64,000 bases of DNA, taken from contig OY969564.1 of NCBI GenBank assembly GCA_963701095.1, forward strand, positions 1,984,001 to 2,048,000, read 5' to 3'. This stretch comes from an uncultured Methanoregulaceae archaeon (GTDB taxonomy: Archaea > Halobacteriota > Methanomicrobia > Methanomicrobiales > Methanospirillaceae). Positions within the stretch are counted from its first letter, which is position 1, and each line of letters opens with the position of its first letter. The notes under the pieces were generated by a model. The model was not told the DNA's origin. It was given only the letters and a program-made list of their open reading frames with translations, and did not search any database. The position numbers and the translations under genes are program-made. This document shows, one piece after another, positions 35,123-45,633 of the stretch.

Positions 35123-35782
35123 ATGAATCTCGAACTCTACGTTATCACTGATGAAGGAATCGCCAAAGGACGTACTCATGCAGAGATTGCACGTCTTGCC
35201 TGTGATGGCGGAGCAGATGCGATACAGCTGCGGGACAAATACTGCAGTTCTGAGAATCTATGCAGCATCGGCCGGGAGATTCGGGCAATAACCCGAAGGA
35301 CCGGGACAGTCTTTATTGTGAACGACCGGCTGGATATTGCACTTGCTTGCGGAGCAGACGGGGTTCACTTAGGCCAGGATGACCTCAAGGTAGATCTGGC
35401 ACGGCAGAAGGCACCCCGGCCTTTCATTATCGGTGTTTCGGTGGGAAATTCCGGAGAAGCTGTGGCAGCGGAAAGAGGCGGAGCGGATTATGTTGCCGTT
35501 AGCCCGGTCTTTGCCACAGTTTCGAAGATTGACGCCGGACCGGGGCGTGGGCTTGCAATGATTAAACAAATCAAAAGCGTGGTTTCGATCCCGGTTATAG
35601 CCATAGGTGGAATAAATTGTGATAATGTCGAAGAAGTGATCGCATCCGGTGCTGATGGCGTTGCGGTGATTTCAGTGGTAGTTGGTCAACCAGACATCAC
35701 TGCAGCCAGTCGCGATCTCAAAAAACGGATCACAGCAGCAAAACAAAGTCGCACGAGACTGAAAGCGATAAACCCCGATTGA
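35123..35782 (+). CDS. thiE: Thiamine-phosphate synthase
   Basis: LYVITD, QLRDK, IVNDRLDIALA..ADGVHLGQDD, AIGGI. Confidence 0.95.
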   Translation: MNLELYVITDEGIAKGRTHAEIARLACDGGADAIQLRDKYCSSENLCSIGREIRAITRRTGTVFIVNDRLDIALACGADGVHLGQDDLKVDLARQKAPRPFIIGVSVGNSGEAVAAERGGADYVAVSPVFATVSKIDAGPGRGLAMIKQIKSVVSIPVIAIGGINCDNVEEVIASGADGVAVISVVVGQPDITAASRDLKKRITAAKQSRTRLKAINPD

Positions 35783-35894
35783 AAACTCTTTTCCAGTACT
35801 TTCCGATCGTTTCATTTTTTGTTTCAAAATCTGGTTTTTGAAAAAGGCTCTATACCTCAAAGAGGAGGAGATAACGTCAGCAAGGAGATGTACG

Positions 35895-36023
35895 ATGAAA
35901 AATATGGCAATCAATGTTCTTGATCGAATAGGAAGGCTTGCGCTGAGGCGAAGTATTGAAGATCCTTCGGAAAATTTCCAGATTACTGCAGCAAATTCGT
36001 CGACATCCATGTATGCCTTATAA
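35895..36023 (+). pseudogene. Remnant of a type I glyceraldehyde-3-phosphate dehydrogenase N-terminus
   Basis: MKNMAINVLDRIGRLALRR resembles the AINGFGRIGR motif; AAGGAG upstream; ends after 42 codons. Confidence 0.5.
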
Positions 36024-36045
36024 AGATCCACGAGGAGATTTTAGC

Positions 36046-38466
36046 ATGAGTACAGCAAAATACATCCGCTGGTTTGCGGAGATCAGGAACGAGGATGTCG
36101 CCAGTGTGGGAGGCAAGAACGCCTCGCTTGGCGAAATGTACCAGGATCTGACAAAGGTTGGGGTAAAAATCCCCAATGGTTTTGCCATTACCGCTGATGC
36201 ATACTGGAGAGTCGTAAAAACCGGTGATGTCATTGACAGGCTCAGAGACAATCTGGCCGATCTCGATAAGACAAGTCTCTCCAATCTGGAAGGACGGGGA
36301 AAAAAGGCACGAGACCTGATCCTCGGTGCAGGTATACCTGATGACATCTGGGCCGAGGTCCAGACTGCCTACGACAAGCTCTGTGAGGAGTACGGACCTG
36401 AAACCGATGTTGCGGTCAGGAGCTCTGCTACAGCGGAAGATCTCCCCACGGCATCATTTGCCGGCCAACAGGAAACTTACCTTAACATCAGAGGATATCA
36501 ATCACTACGGGAGGCATGCAGTAAATGCTTTGCCTCTCTCTTTACCGACCGGGCAATATCTTACCGGATCGACCAGAATTTTGACCACTTCAAGGTTGCT
36601 CTTTCTATCGGGATTATGAAGATGATCCGTTCTGATATGGCGTCGAGCGGCGTGATCTTTACTCTGGACACCGAGACCGGGTTCCGGGACGTTGTTTTTA
36701 TTACGGGCTCTTACGGTCTTGGCGAGAATATTGTACAGGGTGCCGTTAATCCGGACGAGTTCTATGTGTTTAAACCGACGGCGAGGACCGGGTACAGGGC
36801 CATTATCCGAAAAAACCTTGGCGATAAAAAGATCAAGATGATTTACGGTCAGGGCACTTCCAAGGTACTAACGAGAAATGTTGAAGTCCCCGAATCAGAT
36901 AGCCGGCGTTTCTGTATCACTGATGACGAGATTCTTAAACTGGCTCAGTTTGCCATCAAGATCGAGGAACATTATTCACAAAAGGCGCACCAGTCCGTCC
37001 CGATGGACATCGAATGGGCAAAAGATGGGATCTCCGGAGATTTGTTCATCGTCCAGGCACGTCCCGAAACCGTCCACTCTCAGGAGGCAATGGATCTCCT
37101 AATAACCTACCACCTGGAGCAGCGGGGGAAGGTTCTTGCAACGGGAAAAGGTGTCGGGGAAAAGATCGCTACCGGTAAAGCACGGGTTATTGCAGATGTT
37201 AGCCATCTTGGCGAGTTCCGCCCTGGGGAAATTCTGGTTGCTGACACGACAAATCCCGACTGGGAACCGGTCATGAAGACCGCTGCAGCAATCATTACCA
37301 ACCGCGGCGGAAGGACCTGCCACGCAGCCATAGTAAGTCGTGAGCTCGGGGTTGCGGCTGTTGTCGGGACTAACGATGCTACGGAAAAGATCAGAACCGG
37401 GCAGGACGTGACCGTCAATTGTTCAGAGGGAGATGAAGGGGTTGTTTACGAAGGCATCCTTCCGTTCCATATCGAAAAAGTATCCTTAAAAGATCTCAGG
37501 CGACCGAAAACAATGATAATGATCAACCTCGGTGAGCCGGATCAGGCCTTTGCCCTTTCGATGGTTCCCAACGATGGTATCGGGCTTGCCCGGATGGAGT
37601 TTGTCATCAATAATTACATCAAAATCCACCCGATGGCGCTCGTCCATCCGGAGAAAGTCACTGATGAGACAGTTAAAGCAAAGATAGGAGATCTTACGTA
37701 CGGTTACGGAGATCAGGAAGATTATTTTGTAGAGAAACTATCGCAGGGGATCGGAACGATTGCCGCCGCTTTCTACCCAAAACCTGTGGTTGTCCGGATG
37801 AGCGACTTCAAGACCAACGAATATGCCGATCTTCTGGGAGGGAAATATTTCGAGCCCGAAGAATCAAACCCGATGCTCGGCTTCCGCGGAGCATCACGAT
37901 ATTACGATGAGAAATACCGTGAAGGTTTTGCTCTTGAATGCCAGGCAATGAAACGGGTGCTCAATGAAATGGGTCTGACGAACCTGATCATCATGATCCC
38001 GTTCTGCAGAACGGTCAGTGAAGGTGAAAAAGTGCTGGCCGAAATGGCAAAGAACGGTCTAGTGCGGGGTAAGAACGGGCTCCTGGTTTATGTTATGTGC
38101 GAGATTCCCAATAACATCCTCCTCATCGATGAATTCAGCAAATTGTTCGACGGGTTCTCGATTGGATCGAACGACCTGACCCAGCTTACTCTCGGGGTTG
38201 ATCGTGATTCCATGGTAGTCGCCCACGATTTCGATGAACGGGATCCCGGTGTGATGAAATTTGTATCTATGGCGGTGCAGGGTGCCAAGAGAAACGGCCG
38301 TCATTCCGGCCTTTGTGGACAGGCGCCCAGCGATTATCCGGAATTTGCCGAGTTCCTCGTACGGGAAGGCATAGAATCAATTTCCCTCAACCCGGACTCC
38401 GTGATGAAAATCACCCAGAAAGTGGTTGCACTTGAGGAACATATGAACCAGAAGAGAATGAAATGA
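36046..38466 (+). CDS. ppsA: Phosphoenolpyruvate synthase
   Basis: VGGKNASLGEM, AVRSSATAEDLP.ASFAGQQET, DIEWA, GGRTCHAAI (phospho-His), NPMLGFRG, SIGSNDLTQ. Confidence 0.97.
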   Translation: MSTAKYIRWFAEIRNEDVASVGGKNASLGEMYQDLTKVGVKIPNGFAITADAYWRVVKTGDVIDRLRDNLADLDKTSLSNLEGRGKKARDLILGAGIPDDIWAEVQTAYDKLCEEYGPETDVAVRSSATAEDLPTASFAGQQETYLNIRGYQSLREACSKCFASLFTDRAISYRIDQNFDHFKVALSIGIMKMIRSDMASSGVIFTLDTETGFRDVVFITGSYGLGENIVQGAVNPDEFYVFKPTARTGYRAIIRKNLGDKKIKMIYGQGTSKVLTRNVEVPESDSRRFCITDDEILKLAQFAIKIEEHYSQKAHQSVPMDIEWAKDGISGDLFIVQARPETVHSQEAMDLLITYHLEQRGKVLATGKGVGEKIATGKARVIADVSHLGEFRPGEILVADTTNPDWEPVMKTAAAIITNRGGRTCHAAIVSRELGVAAVVGTNDATEKIRTGQDVTVNCSEGDEGVVYEGILPFHIEKVSLKDLRRPKTMIMINLGEPDQAFALSMVPNDGIGLARMEFVINNYIKIHPMALVHPEKVTDETVKAKIGDLTYGYGDQEDYFVEKLSQGIGTIAAAFYPKPVVVRMSDFKTNEYADLLGGKYFEPEESNPMLGFRGASRYYDEKYREGFALECQAMKRVLNEMGLTNLIIMIPFCRTVSEGEKVLAEMAKNGLVRGKNGLLVYVMCEIPNNILLIDEFSKLFDGFSIGSNDLTQLTLGVDRDSMVVAHDFDERDPGVMKFVSMAVQGAKRNGRHSGLCGQAPSDYPEFAEFLVREGIESISLNPDSVMKITQKVVALEEHMNQKRMK

Positions 38467-38503
38467 GAAAATTATTTTCATTCGGTAACCGGAACTCAAT
38501 GTA

Positions 38504-39391
38504 ATGCCAAAGAACAGGGAATCATTTCAGGATCTCTCGAAGGTCCGGCTGACCAACCTCAACAAAATTTTGTACCCGGCAGAAGGGATCACTAAAGAGG
38601 AGGTGATCACCTATTATATCCGGAATGCACCTCGTATGCTTCCGTTCCTCCACAACCGGCCGCTGACTATGCACCGGTTCCCGGAAGGTTTCGGTGGTGA
38701 AGATTTCTTCGAAAAGGATGCACCCCGGGGAACTCCTGATTATGTGGAAATATTTGCCCGGTGGTCAGAGACTACCCAACGCGAGGTCCACTTTATAGTC
38801 TGCAACAATCTTGACACGCTCATCTGGATAGCTAATCTTGCCTCGCTGGAGATTCACATTGCGCTTTCTACAACTTCAGCCTTTGAAACCCCGGATATTC
38901 TCTTGGTTGACATTGATCCGGAACCGCCCATCCCGTTTGATGAGGTTATAGATGTAGCACATGTTGTCCGCGAGCATCTCGAAAACGAGGGGATTCACCC
39001 GTACGTGAAAACATCAGGAAAAAAAGGACTGCATATAGTCGTCCCGCTCATATCAGGGTACCGGTTTGGTGAAGTCCGGGAGTTCGTTCATAGTATCGGG
39101 AGATCAATTTCCAGGGAAATACCACATGTGGTTTCGGAATTTCCACAATCCCAAGATCCCGGGACTATTTTTATCGATTACCTTCAGAACGCTCATGGTA
39201 AAACCATGGTTGCTCCCTACAGCATGAGAGGAAGCCCGGAGGCGACGGTCTCAACACCTCTCCATTGGGGGGACCTTGTGCATGGTGTCCGTCCCGAAGA
39301 TTTTAATATCCGGACACTGAATCCAGCACACGAAGATCCATGGAGGGATATCTTTGAAAACAGGCAGTCCATCGGGAAGTCCGCCAAATAA
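38504..39391 (+). CDS. NHEJ primase-polymerase (LigD Pol domain)
   Basis: LTNLNKILYP..GITK, RPLT..RFPEG, FFEK, DIDP, KTSGKKGLHI, IFIDYLQN..GKTMVAPYS.R, VSTPL.W. Confidence 0.93.
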   Translation: MPKNRESFQDLSKVRLTNLNKILYPAEGITKEEVITYYIRNAPRMLPFLHNRPLTMHRFPEGFGGEDFFEKDAPRGTPDYVEIFARWSETTQREVHFIVCNNLDTLIWIANLASLEIHIALSTTSAFETPDILLVDIDPEPPIPFDEVIDVAHVVREHLENEGIHPYVKTSGKKGLHIVVPLISGYRFGEVREFVHSIGRSISREIPHVVSEFPQSQDPGTIFIDYLQNAHGKTMVAPYSMRGSPEATVSTPLHWGDLVHGVRPEDFNIRTLNPAHEDPWRDIFENRQSIGKSAK

Positions 39392-40375
39392 GCGATCGAC
39401 TGAAAAGAAATCATCACGGGAAACCCAAAAAGGCAAAGAAACTCCTGTACTTGGAGATTCGAATTTAAAACAACCTTCTCGGGACTATGTTCTGGAAAAA
39501 GTGCCACTCTCTTCATCAGAAACAGGAAACAAAAACAGAAAAAAAGAACTCGTTCAATCTGCCTCCAACGATCAGCATACCAGCGACTCTACGTTGCGGA
39601 ACGTAGGAAGACCTTTCTGGAGCGGCTCGATAACTATCGGTCTCATTAACATACCGGTCCGGCTCAATACGATGTTCAGGGATCGGTCGTTCTCATTCCG
39701 TTTGCTCCATCGCGAAGATGGACAATTGCTCAGGTACAACAGGGTCTGTTCCCGGGATGGCGTTGTAGTCCCCTGGGAAGATACCGTGAAGGGGTACGAG
39801 ATCAGGAAAGGAGAGTTTATTGTCTTTACAAACGAGGAGCTCGAAAGCTGCAGCGCCGGAATCAGATCGCAAGATCAGAATCGGAAAGTTCGTGCATTAT
39901 CTCTCGCTTGATCCGATGTATTTTGACACATCCTATGTCCTAACCCCGGATCGTAGCGAGGAAGCCTATAATCTTTTTGCTTCGACTCTTATGGACCTTA
40001 GTATGGCAGCGGCCGGGTCCATTACCCTCCGTACCAAAGAATATCCTGTCGTGGTTCATTTCTATCGGGGAGGCCTTGTCCTCACCACTCTTCGTTACGC
40101 AGAAGAGGTCATTCCTCCGCAGGCATTTACCGATCTTGCTAATCTCCCGGCACCACAAGAATCTGAAATTGCCCTTGCAAAACGAATCGTCACCGAGCTT
40201 ACCGGAGATTTTTCTATAGACGAATATCAGGACCATTACCGCAAAGCTATCGTGGATCTTATAGAAAAGAAACGTGCAGGAGAAAAGGTTGTCTACGAAG
40301 AACCGCATCCCGAAGAAGCTGAAAGAGCTTATGCAGGCCCTCAAAGAAACCCTTGCTACCCTTGCTACAAAGTGA
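39354..40375 (+). CDS. ku: Ku protein (NHEJ); frameshifts near 39846 and 40321; start uncertain
   Basis: RPFWSGSITIGLINIPVRL, VKGYE, LDPMYFDTSY.L.P, LTTLRYAEEV, EIALA..I, Y.D.Y, ELMQALKETL. Confidence 0.9.
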
Positions 40376-40391
40376 TCCGGTTCGGGTAGAA

Positions 40392-41914
40392 ATGAAGACA
40401 CTATATCTGCCGATGCTTGCAAAAACTGCAAAAGGTCCTTTCAGCAGCAACGATTGGGTATTTGAGGTCAAATGGGACGGTGTCAGGGCAATTGCCTACA
40501 TTAATTACACACTATCTCTTAAGAGTCGTAACGGTCGTGAACTTGCCGGGCAGTTCCCGGAACTGAGTGTGCTTTCGACCCTTGCCCCGGGTATGTACTC
40601 GATGGAGAGATCGTCGCAATGACCCGGGGGAAACCCGATATCCAGGCTCTTCTTCCCCGTTTGCAAACCAAAACGATAAGACCTGGACTGGAACCAAATC
40701 CAGTTACCTACATTGTTTTTGATATTCTTGAAAAAGAGGGGAAGTCCTTGACCGGATTGACTTTTACTGACCGGAGGAAAATTCTTGAAGAGGCAGTAAG
40801 AGAAGGGTCTCATGTAGTACTATCCCGTCCCGTGGAATCGAGGGGAGAAGAATACTACCAGACCGCTGTGGCACAGGGACTTGAAGGTATAATTGCAAAA
40901 CGCAAAGACAGCCGGTACGATCAGGGCCTGCGGAGCGAGGGATGGCTTAAGATAAAGGCGCAGAAGACCTGCGATTGTGTGATTGCCGGATACACTATGG
41001 GGAAGGGGGGACGAGGAGTCTCGTTTGGATCCCTACTGCTTGGTTTGTATGATCCAGATAGCGCAGGGAAACTGGTTTTTATCGGAAAAGTCGGGACAGG
41101 GTTTTCGGTGCGCGATCAGGCGGACCTTATGGAATTATTCTCGGCGCTGGAGACTTCAACCCCAAGTCTTACTGGAGCTGATCGAACGTACGGGATAACC
41201 TGGCTGAGACAAGAGCTTGTATGCGAAGTAGCATACCAGGAAATGACGCGAGACAGAAAACTAAGAATACCCCGGTTTATCAGGGTACGGTTAGATAAAA
41301 AAGCCGCAGATTGCACGATTGACCAATTAACTGATGGCGTTAATGTGCCTGGAAAAGCTACTCTGGCAGAAAATAAAGTCCAAAAAAGAGAAGATTACAA
41401 TAACGATACTTCCGCGAGAAAACGAACGGAGAATGATGATCCGGTAAGAAAATCTATTGAATTGTCACTAAAAAACTATCAAGGGAGGCGGGATTTTTCT
41501 ATGACTCACGAACCATCGGGAAATGAAAAAAAGATTGGAGAAGGGAATTATTTTGTCGTTCATGAACATCACGCACGTCATCTTCACTATGATTTGCGCT
41601 TGGAACGTGAAGGCGTACTGAAGAGCTGGGCAGTCCCCAAAGGAATACCGGAGGCACCCGGAGAGAAACATCTTGCAGTGGCAGTAGAGGATCATCCTCT
41701 TGAATACCGGACCTTTGAAGGAACCATCCCCCAAGGAGAGTATGGGGCAGGTGCAGTTACGATCTGGGATAAAGGATGGTACACTACCCTGCAATGGGAT
41801 GATGAAAAGATTGAAATTATTTTCCATGGGGAACGGCTGAATGGCCATTACGTGCTTGTCCGGTTCAAACGTGCTGGAAAATCCGAATGGCTGGTGTTCA
41901 AAACAGGAGGATAA
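40392..41914 (+). CDS. ligD: NHEJ ATP-dependent DNA ligase fused to C-terminal 3'-phosphoesterase; frameshift near 40594
   Basis: PMLA, EVKWDGVR (motif I), LDGEIV, FDIL, EGIIAKR, WLKIK, GKVGTGF; PE domain FVVHEHHARHLHYDLRLE, SWAVPKG, VEDHPLEY, YGAG. Confidence 0.92.
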
Positions 41915-41998
41915 AGATATCCCGGTGTTCTCCGGAACAGGATCAGGTAGGAATCTTCCATAGGTATTTCTATTGGGTAATATTGAGTGGCTTACTGT

Positions 41999-42442
41999 AT
42001 GACAGATCTACGGTTCTGGATTATTGTTGCATCAAGGGAACACGTAATGCTTGGTGTTGCCGGAGGGTTTGCTCAGGCCGGGCACGGAAAGAGAGCGGGA
42101 CTTGCGAGGATGAATGCCGGGGATTCCATTATTTACTACTCCCCGAAAGTAACCTATGAGGGAGACGAACCCCTGCATGCATTTACCGCTCTTGGAACCG
42201 TGGCAGATGACCAGATAGTGCAAATTGAGATGCACCCGGATTTCAAGCCATTCCGGCGAAACGTGAAGTACAAGTACACCGGGGAGATAAAGATCGAGCC
42301 GCTTATCAACGACCTTAATTTCATACGGAACAAGAAGTCATGGGGATATGCATTCCGTTTCGGTCTGCTTGAGATCCAGAAAGAAGATTTCGAAAGGATT
42401 AAGCAAAAATTCGAACAATCAGGACAACTTCGGAGCCAGTGA
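41999..42442 (+). CDS. EVE-domain protein
   Basis: WIIVASREHV..GV.GGFAQA.HGK, GD.IIYYSPK, WGYAFRFG..EI...DF. Confidence 0.88.
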   Translation: MTDLRFWIIVASREHVMLGVAGGFAQAGHGKRAGLARMNAGDSIIYYSPKVTYEGDEPLHAFTALGTVADDQIVQIEMHPDFKPFRRNVKYKYTGEIKIEPLINDLNFIRNKKSWGYAFRFGLLEIQKEDFERIKQKFEQSGQLRSQ

Positions 42443-42565
42443 TCCCATCATCAGGAAAGAGTCATCCGGTCTTGAGGAAGGTTGTCCAGAGCATAATTAG
42501 GGAAGAGATGGCAACGACCCGGTTATTTCATATCGGAAACAAAAATCAGTCTCACTAGTGGCAGA

Positions 42566-42904
42566 CTAACGAAACTCTATGAAATTGACTTCACTTTTTC
42601 GCTGGATTTTCCACAATGCTTCGGTCGCTTTTCCGCGGGTCAATTCATCATCGTCGGTTAATACCGTCTGATTAAGTGCATCAATCGCTTTTGTCGATGC
42701 TATTTCCCCGAGTGCCCAGGCTGCGACATGACGGACATAGGTATGGCGGTCTTTGAGGGCGTAGATGAGCGGATCAATAGATTTTTCTGATTTAATGCGC
42801 CCCAGGGCGCCAGCGGCAGAAGAACGAACAATTTCGTCCTTGTCGCACTTCAGCTTCAGGATCAGGAAGTCAACGAGTATTTCAGATTGATGATCGGTAT
42901 TCAT
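42566..42904 (-). CDS. HEAT/PBS-lyase repeat protein
   Basis: VRSSAAGALGRI, LKDRHTYVRHVAAWALGEI, TRGKATEAL. Confidence 0.8.
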   Translation of the reverse strand: MNTDHQSEILVDFLILKLKCDKDEIVRSSAAGALGRIKSEKSIDPLIYALKDRHTYVRHVAAWALGEIASTKAIDALNQTVLTDDDELTRGKATEALWKIQRKSEVNFIEFR

Positions 42905-43422
42905 ATTATTATTCAAGCGATTTGTTTTGGGACTATCCAGATAGGGATTTTTTGGTTTATTCTGATTTTTTAAAACCATACTCCATCAAACCCTCGCCAC
43001 TCCTGTTCTGAGGTAACAACAAAAAGAAATAGCATGAATGTTACGCATATTGTATAAGGAAAATAAAAGGGATTTCCCTAAAAAACAAGTATTGAAACAA
43101 ATTTTGCAATGATCACCATTACGTCGTTTATTCCAAATATTTTTTATTTTTATCTGGTATACCTTACATTAACCGGGGATTAAGGAAAGGAAAAAAAGAG
43201 GCAGTTTATATAGAACAGCCTGTGGGTTGGTATGGGGCTTTAGGTGCAATGGCGGCTTGGTTGAGACCGCCACATCTTCAAACGTTTTATTTGATAAAAA
43301 AACTATTTTCACTTTCTAGTTTTTGTTTCTTAATTTATTCTGGAATCTCGAGTGATATTTCAATGCTTCACTCAACAATGATGTAAAAGAAAAAAGAGAG
43401 GGTATCTTCAATATTTTCAATA

Positions 43423-43622
43423 CTAACGAATTCTGTTTTTTACAAAAAAAGAAACAGAATATCCTTGACCTATCAAATATGAGGAACCCTGGGTTTTGCT
43501 CAGCGCTTCCTCAGAAGTAGAGGATTTATCCTGTTTTCGGCTGTCAACAACATACGTCAGGCACGACCCACAAAACCTGCTGCATACATTGGATTTGCCA
43601 AAGATTCATCAACTTTTGCCAT
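43423..43622 (-). pseudogene. Possible degenerate small Cys-rich (DUF2769-like) gene
   Basis: With one base restored reads MAKVDESLANSNVCSRFCGSCLTY; similarity recalled from memory only. Confidence 0.25.
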
Positions 43623-43818
43623 TTTTCTTCCCCGCGTGGCATTGTAAATGGAAATCATAAATATTTCGACATTTCCGGGTTTGGGAAATGCCTCTCCTTG
43701 TAGTATCATATTACAAATATTGAGACAGATTGTGTAAATCCGGCATAGGATTATTGAAGATTGCAATGATACAAACCGTCCAAACTACTATTCCGAAGGC
43801 ATAAAGGAGCATATTGAT

Positions 43819-44283
43819 ATGGATGACGAGAATCTTTTCATCAGTATTGATTTTGACAAAAGTGTTTTCCCCAAAAAACACACTTGTGACGGCGAAGATG
43901 TATCTCCGATAATCCATGTTGACCGTATTCATTCCCCTTACCTTGCCGTTATAATTGATGACTGGATCGGACCTGAGGAACGATTCACTCATTGGCTGAT
44001 GTGGGATATTGAATCCCAAGATACTATCCCTGAGAATATTCCTAAAACACTGGTAATTAACGATCCTTTCATGGCAGTCCAGGGAACTAATGATTTTGGA
44101 ACTATCGGATACCGGGGACCATGTCCACCTCCAGGAGAAACCCACACCTATTACGTTAATGTATACGGGCTGGACGCAAAACTGGGAATTCCCGCCGGTT
44201 CAAAAAGAGAAGTCCTCGAAAGGGCGATGAAGGGTCATATGAGACAATACGGAGGTCAAGCAATCGCTATATACAACAGGTAA
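43819..44283 (+). CDS. YbhB/YbcL (PEBP) family protein
   Basis: HTCDGEDVSP, FTHWLMWDI, QGTNDFG.IGYRGPCPP, H.Y...VYGLD. Confidence 0.92.
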   Translation: MDDENLFISIDFDKSVFPKKHTCDGEDVSPIIHVDRIHSPYLAVIIDDWIGPEERFTHWLMWDIESQDTIPENIPKTLVINDPFMAVQGTNDFGTIGYRGPCPPPGETHTYYVNVYGLDAKLGIPAGSKREVLERAMKGHMRQYGGQAIAIYNR

Positions 44284-44293
44284 ACAGGTACCT

Positions 44294-45337
44294 TCAGCGT
44301 GTCGATTTCCACCGCTGCCACCATCGTGTATCCTTATGATAAATGCAATCAACCAGTTTCATTGCATTCAGGGCATCGCGGGAAGATCCGTTTTTTATTT
44401 TTGTGCCGTCTTTGATGCAATCAAAAAATGCATCCATCTCTCGTTCCCATGACGTATACGTTTTAAAACAGGTTACCAGTTCTGCATCGAGCCCGGATAT
44501 GCTTTTTTCATCTTCGGATTGCCGGGATAAGATTGCCAGTTTTTCCTCGGATATGTAGACTCCCTCAGGAGAGAGAGTTCCTTCAATGGTAATGTATCCT
44601 TTTTCCAGACATATTTCAAGGGAATATCTGTTTTTCCAGTGAGTGGCTGACGCATGGATAGCTGCGATCTGGTTTTGCGCGTTTCGCAACAGAGCAAATG
44701 CATTATCTTCCACGGGGACATTCCAAAAAGAGGTGGAGACAAAACTTTTTACTTCTGTGAAACTTCCTGCAAAAAAAAACAGGAAAAGGTCTAGTATGTG
44801 GATCCCCTCGCCAAGAAGGATACCACCACCCGCCCACTCCCGGTTGCTCTGCCAAATGCTTTCAAAATAATTGCCTCCGGATTTCCCGTAGACAGCTTTC
44901 ATCCAGAGAATTTTACCAAATGTGCCAGTTTTTATCAATTCTTCTGCTTTAAGTACTGCCCCGTTGAACCTGTGGGTAAATCCGAATGCGAGTACACTTC
45001 CCTTTGCTTTTTTTTCCGCATTGACGATATTCTGGATGTCTTTTATTGTTCTGCCCGGCGGAATCTCACAGAAAACATGTTTGCCTCTTTCGAGGGCATC
45101 GATCACCACTTTTGGCCGGTATTTATTCGGGGGAGCAACAAAAACTGCATCGATGTCTGAGTCCAGAAGCTTCCGGTAATCTTCGTAATAGCGATACTTT
45201 TCCTGCCGGGGGATGTTCGGGCGGTGTGCATCACTTACCGCGACAAGATTGAGATCGGGATGATTTTCTGCTATCGTTTTCCTGTGCATGCCTTTGTGGC
45301 CAAGACCTATAATTCCGATATTGATCTTATCTTGCAT
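44294..45337 (-). CDS. Gfo/Idh/MocA family oxidoreductase
   Basis: IGIIGLG, GKHVFCEIP (EKP variant), GF.HRF, GGGILL..GIH.LDL. Confidence 0.85.
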   Translation of the reverse strand: MQDKINIGIIGLGHKGMHRKTIAENHPDLNLVAVSDAHRPNIPRQEKYRYYEDYRKLLDSDIDAVFVAPPNKYRPKVVIDALERGKHVFCEIPPGRTIKDIQNIVNAEKKAKGSVLAFGFTHRFNGAVLKAEELIKTGTFGKILWMKAVYGKSGGNYFESIWQSNREWAGGGILLGEGIHILDLFLFFFAGSFTEVKSFVSTSFWNVPVEDNAFALLRNAQNQIAAIHASATHWKNRYSLEICLEKGYITIEGTLSPEGVYISEEKLAILSRQSEDEKSISGLDAELVTCFKTYTSWEREMDAFFDCIKDGTKIKNGSSRDALNAMKLVDCIYHKDTRWWQRWKSTR

Positions 45338-45397
45338 GCCGTGTGTCCCCTATCCGATAGGCACTTTTGTTTCGGAATAAAAGAAGAACACGACCAT

Positions 45398-45610
45398 TCA
45401 CTCGCGAGCTTCGAAATATTTTAGTGCTTTTGGGACGTGTTTTTTTACTTCTTCGAAAAAATACCTGACATTTCCTTTGTCTGAATCGGCTATTGAACCA
45501 TTGATGGTTATTAAAAGCCAGTTAGGCAGGTCAGGATTCTTGTCAAGAACATTCATTAACACTACAATGGCTTCATCCACATCGGTTTTGGTTTTCCAAC
45601 GGTAAGGCAT
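45398..45610 (-). CDS. Small hypothetical protein
   Basis: 70-aa ORF following the ATP-cone gene on the same strand. Confidence 0.55.
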   Translation of the reverse strand: MPYRWKTKTDVDEAIVVLMNVLDKNPDLPNWLLITINGSIADSDKGNVRYFFEEVKKHVPKALKYFEARE

Positions 45611-45633
45611 ACGACTCTCAACCTTTTTCAAAT

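Noticed and set aside
40350..40370. Tandem repeat CCCTTGCTA x2 at the end of ku
   Set aside because: A 9-bp in-frame duplication (TLA-TLA) with only two copies; no wider significance.
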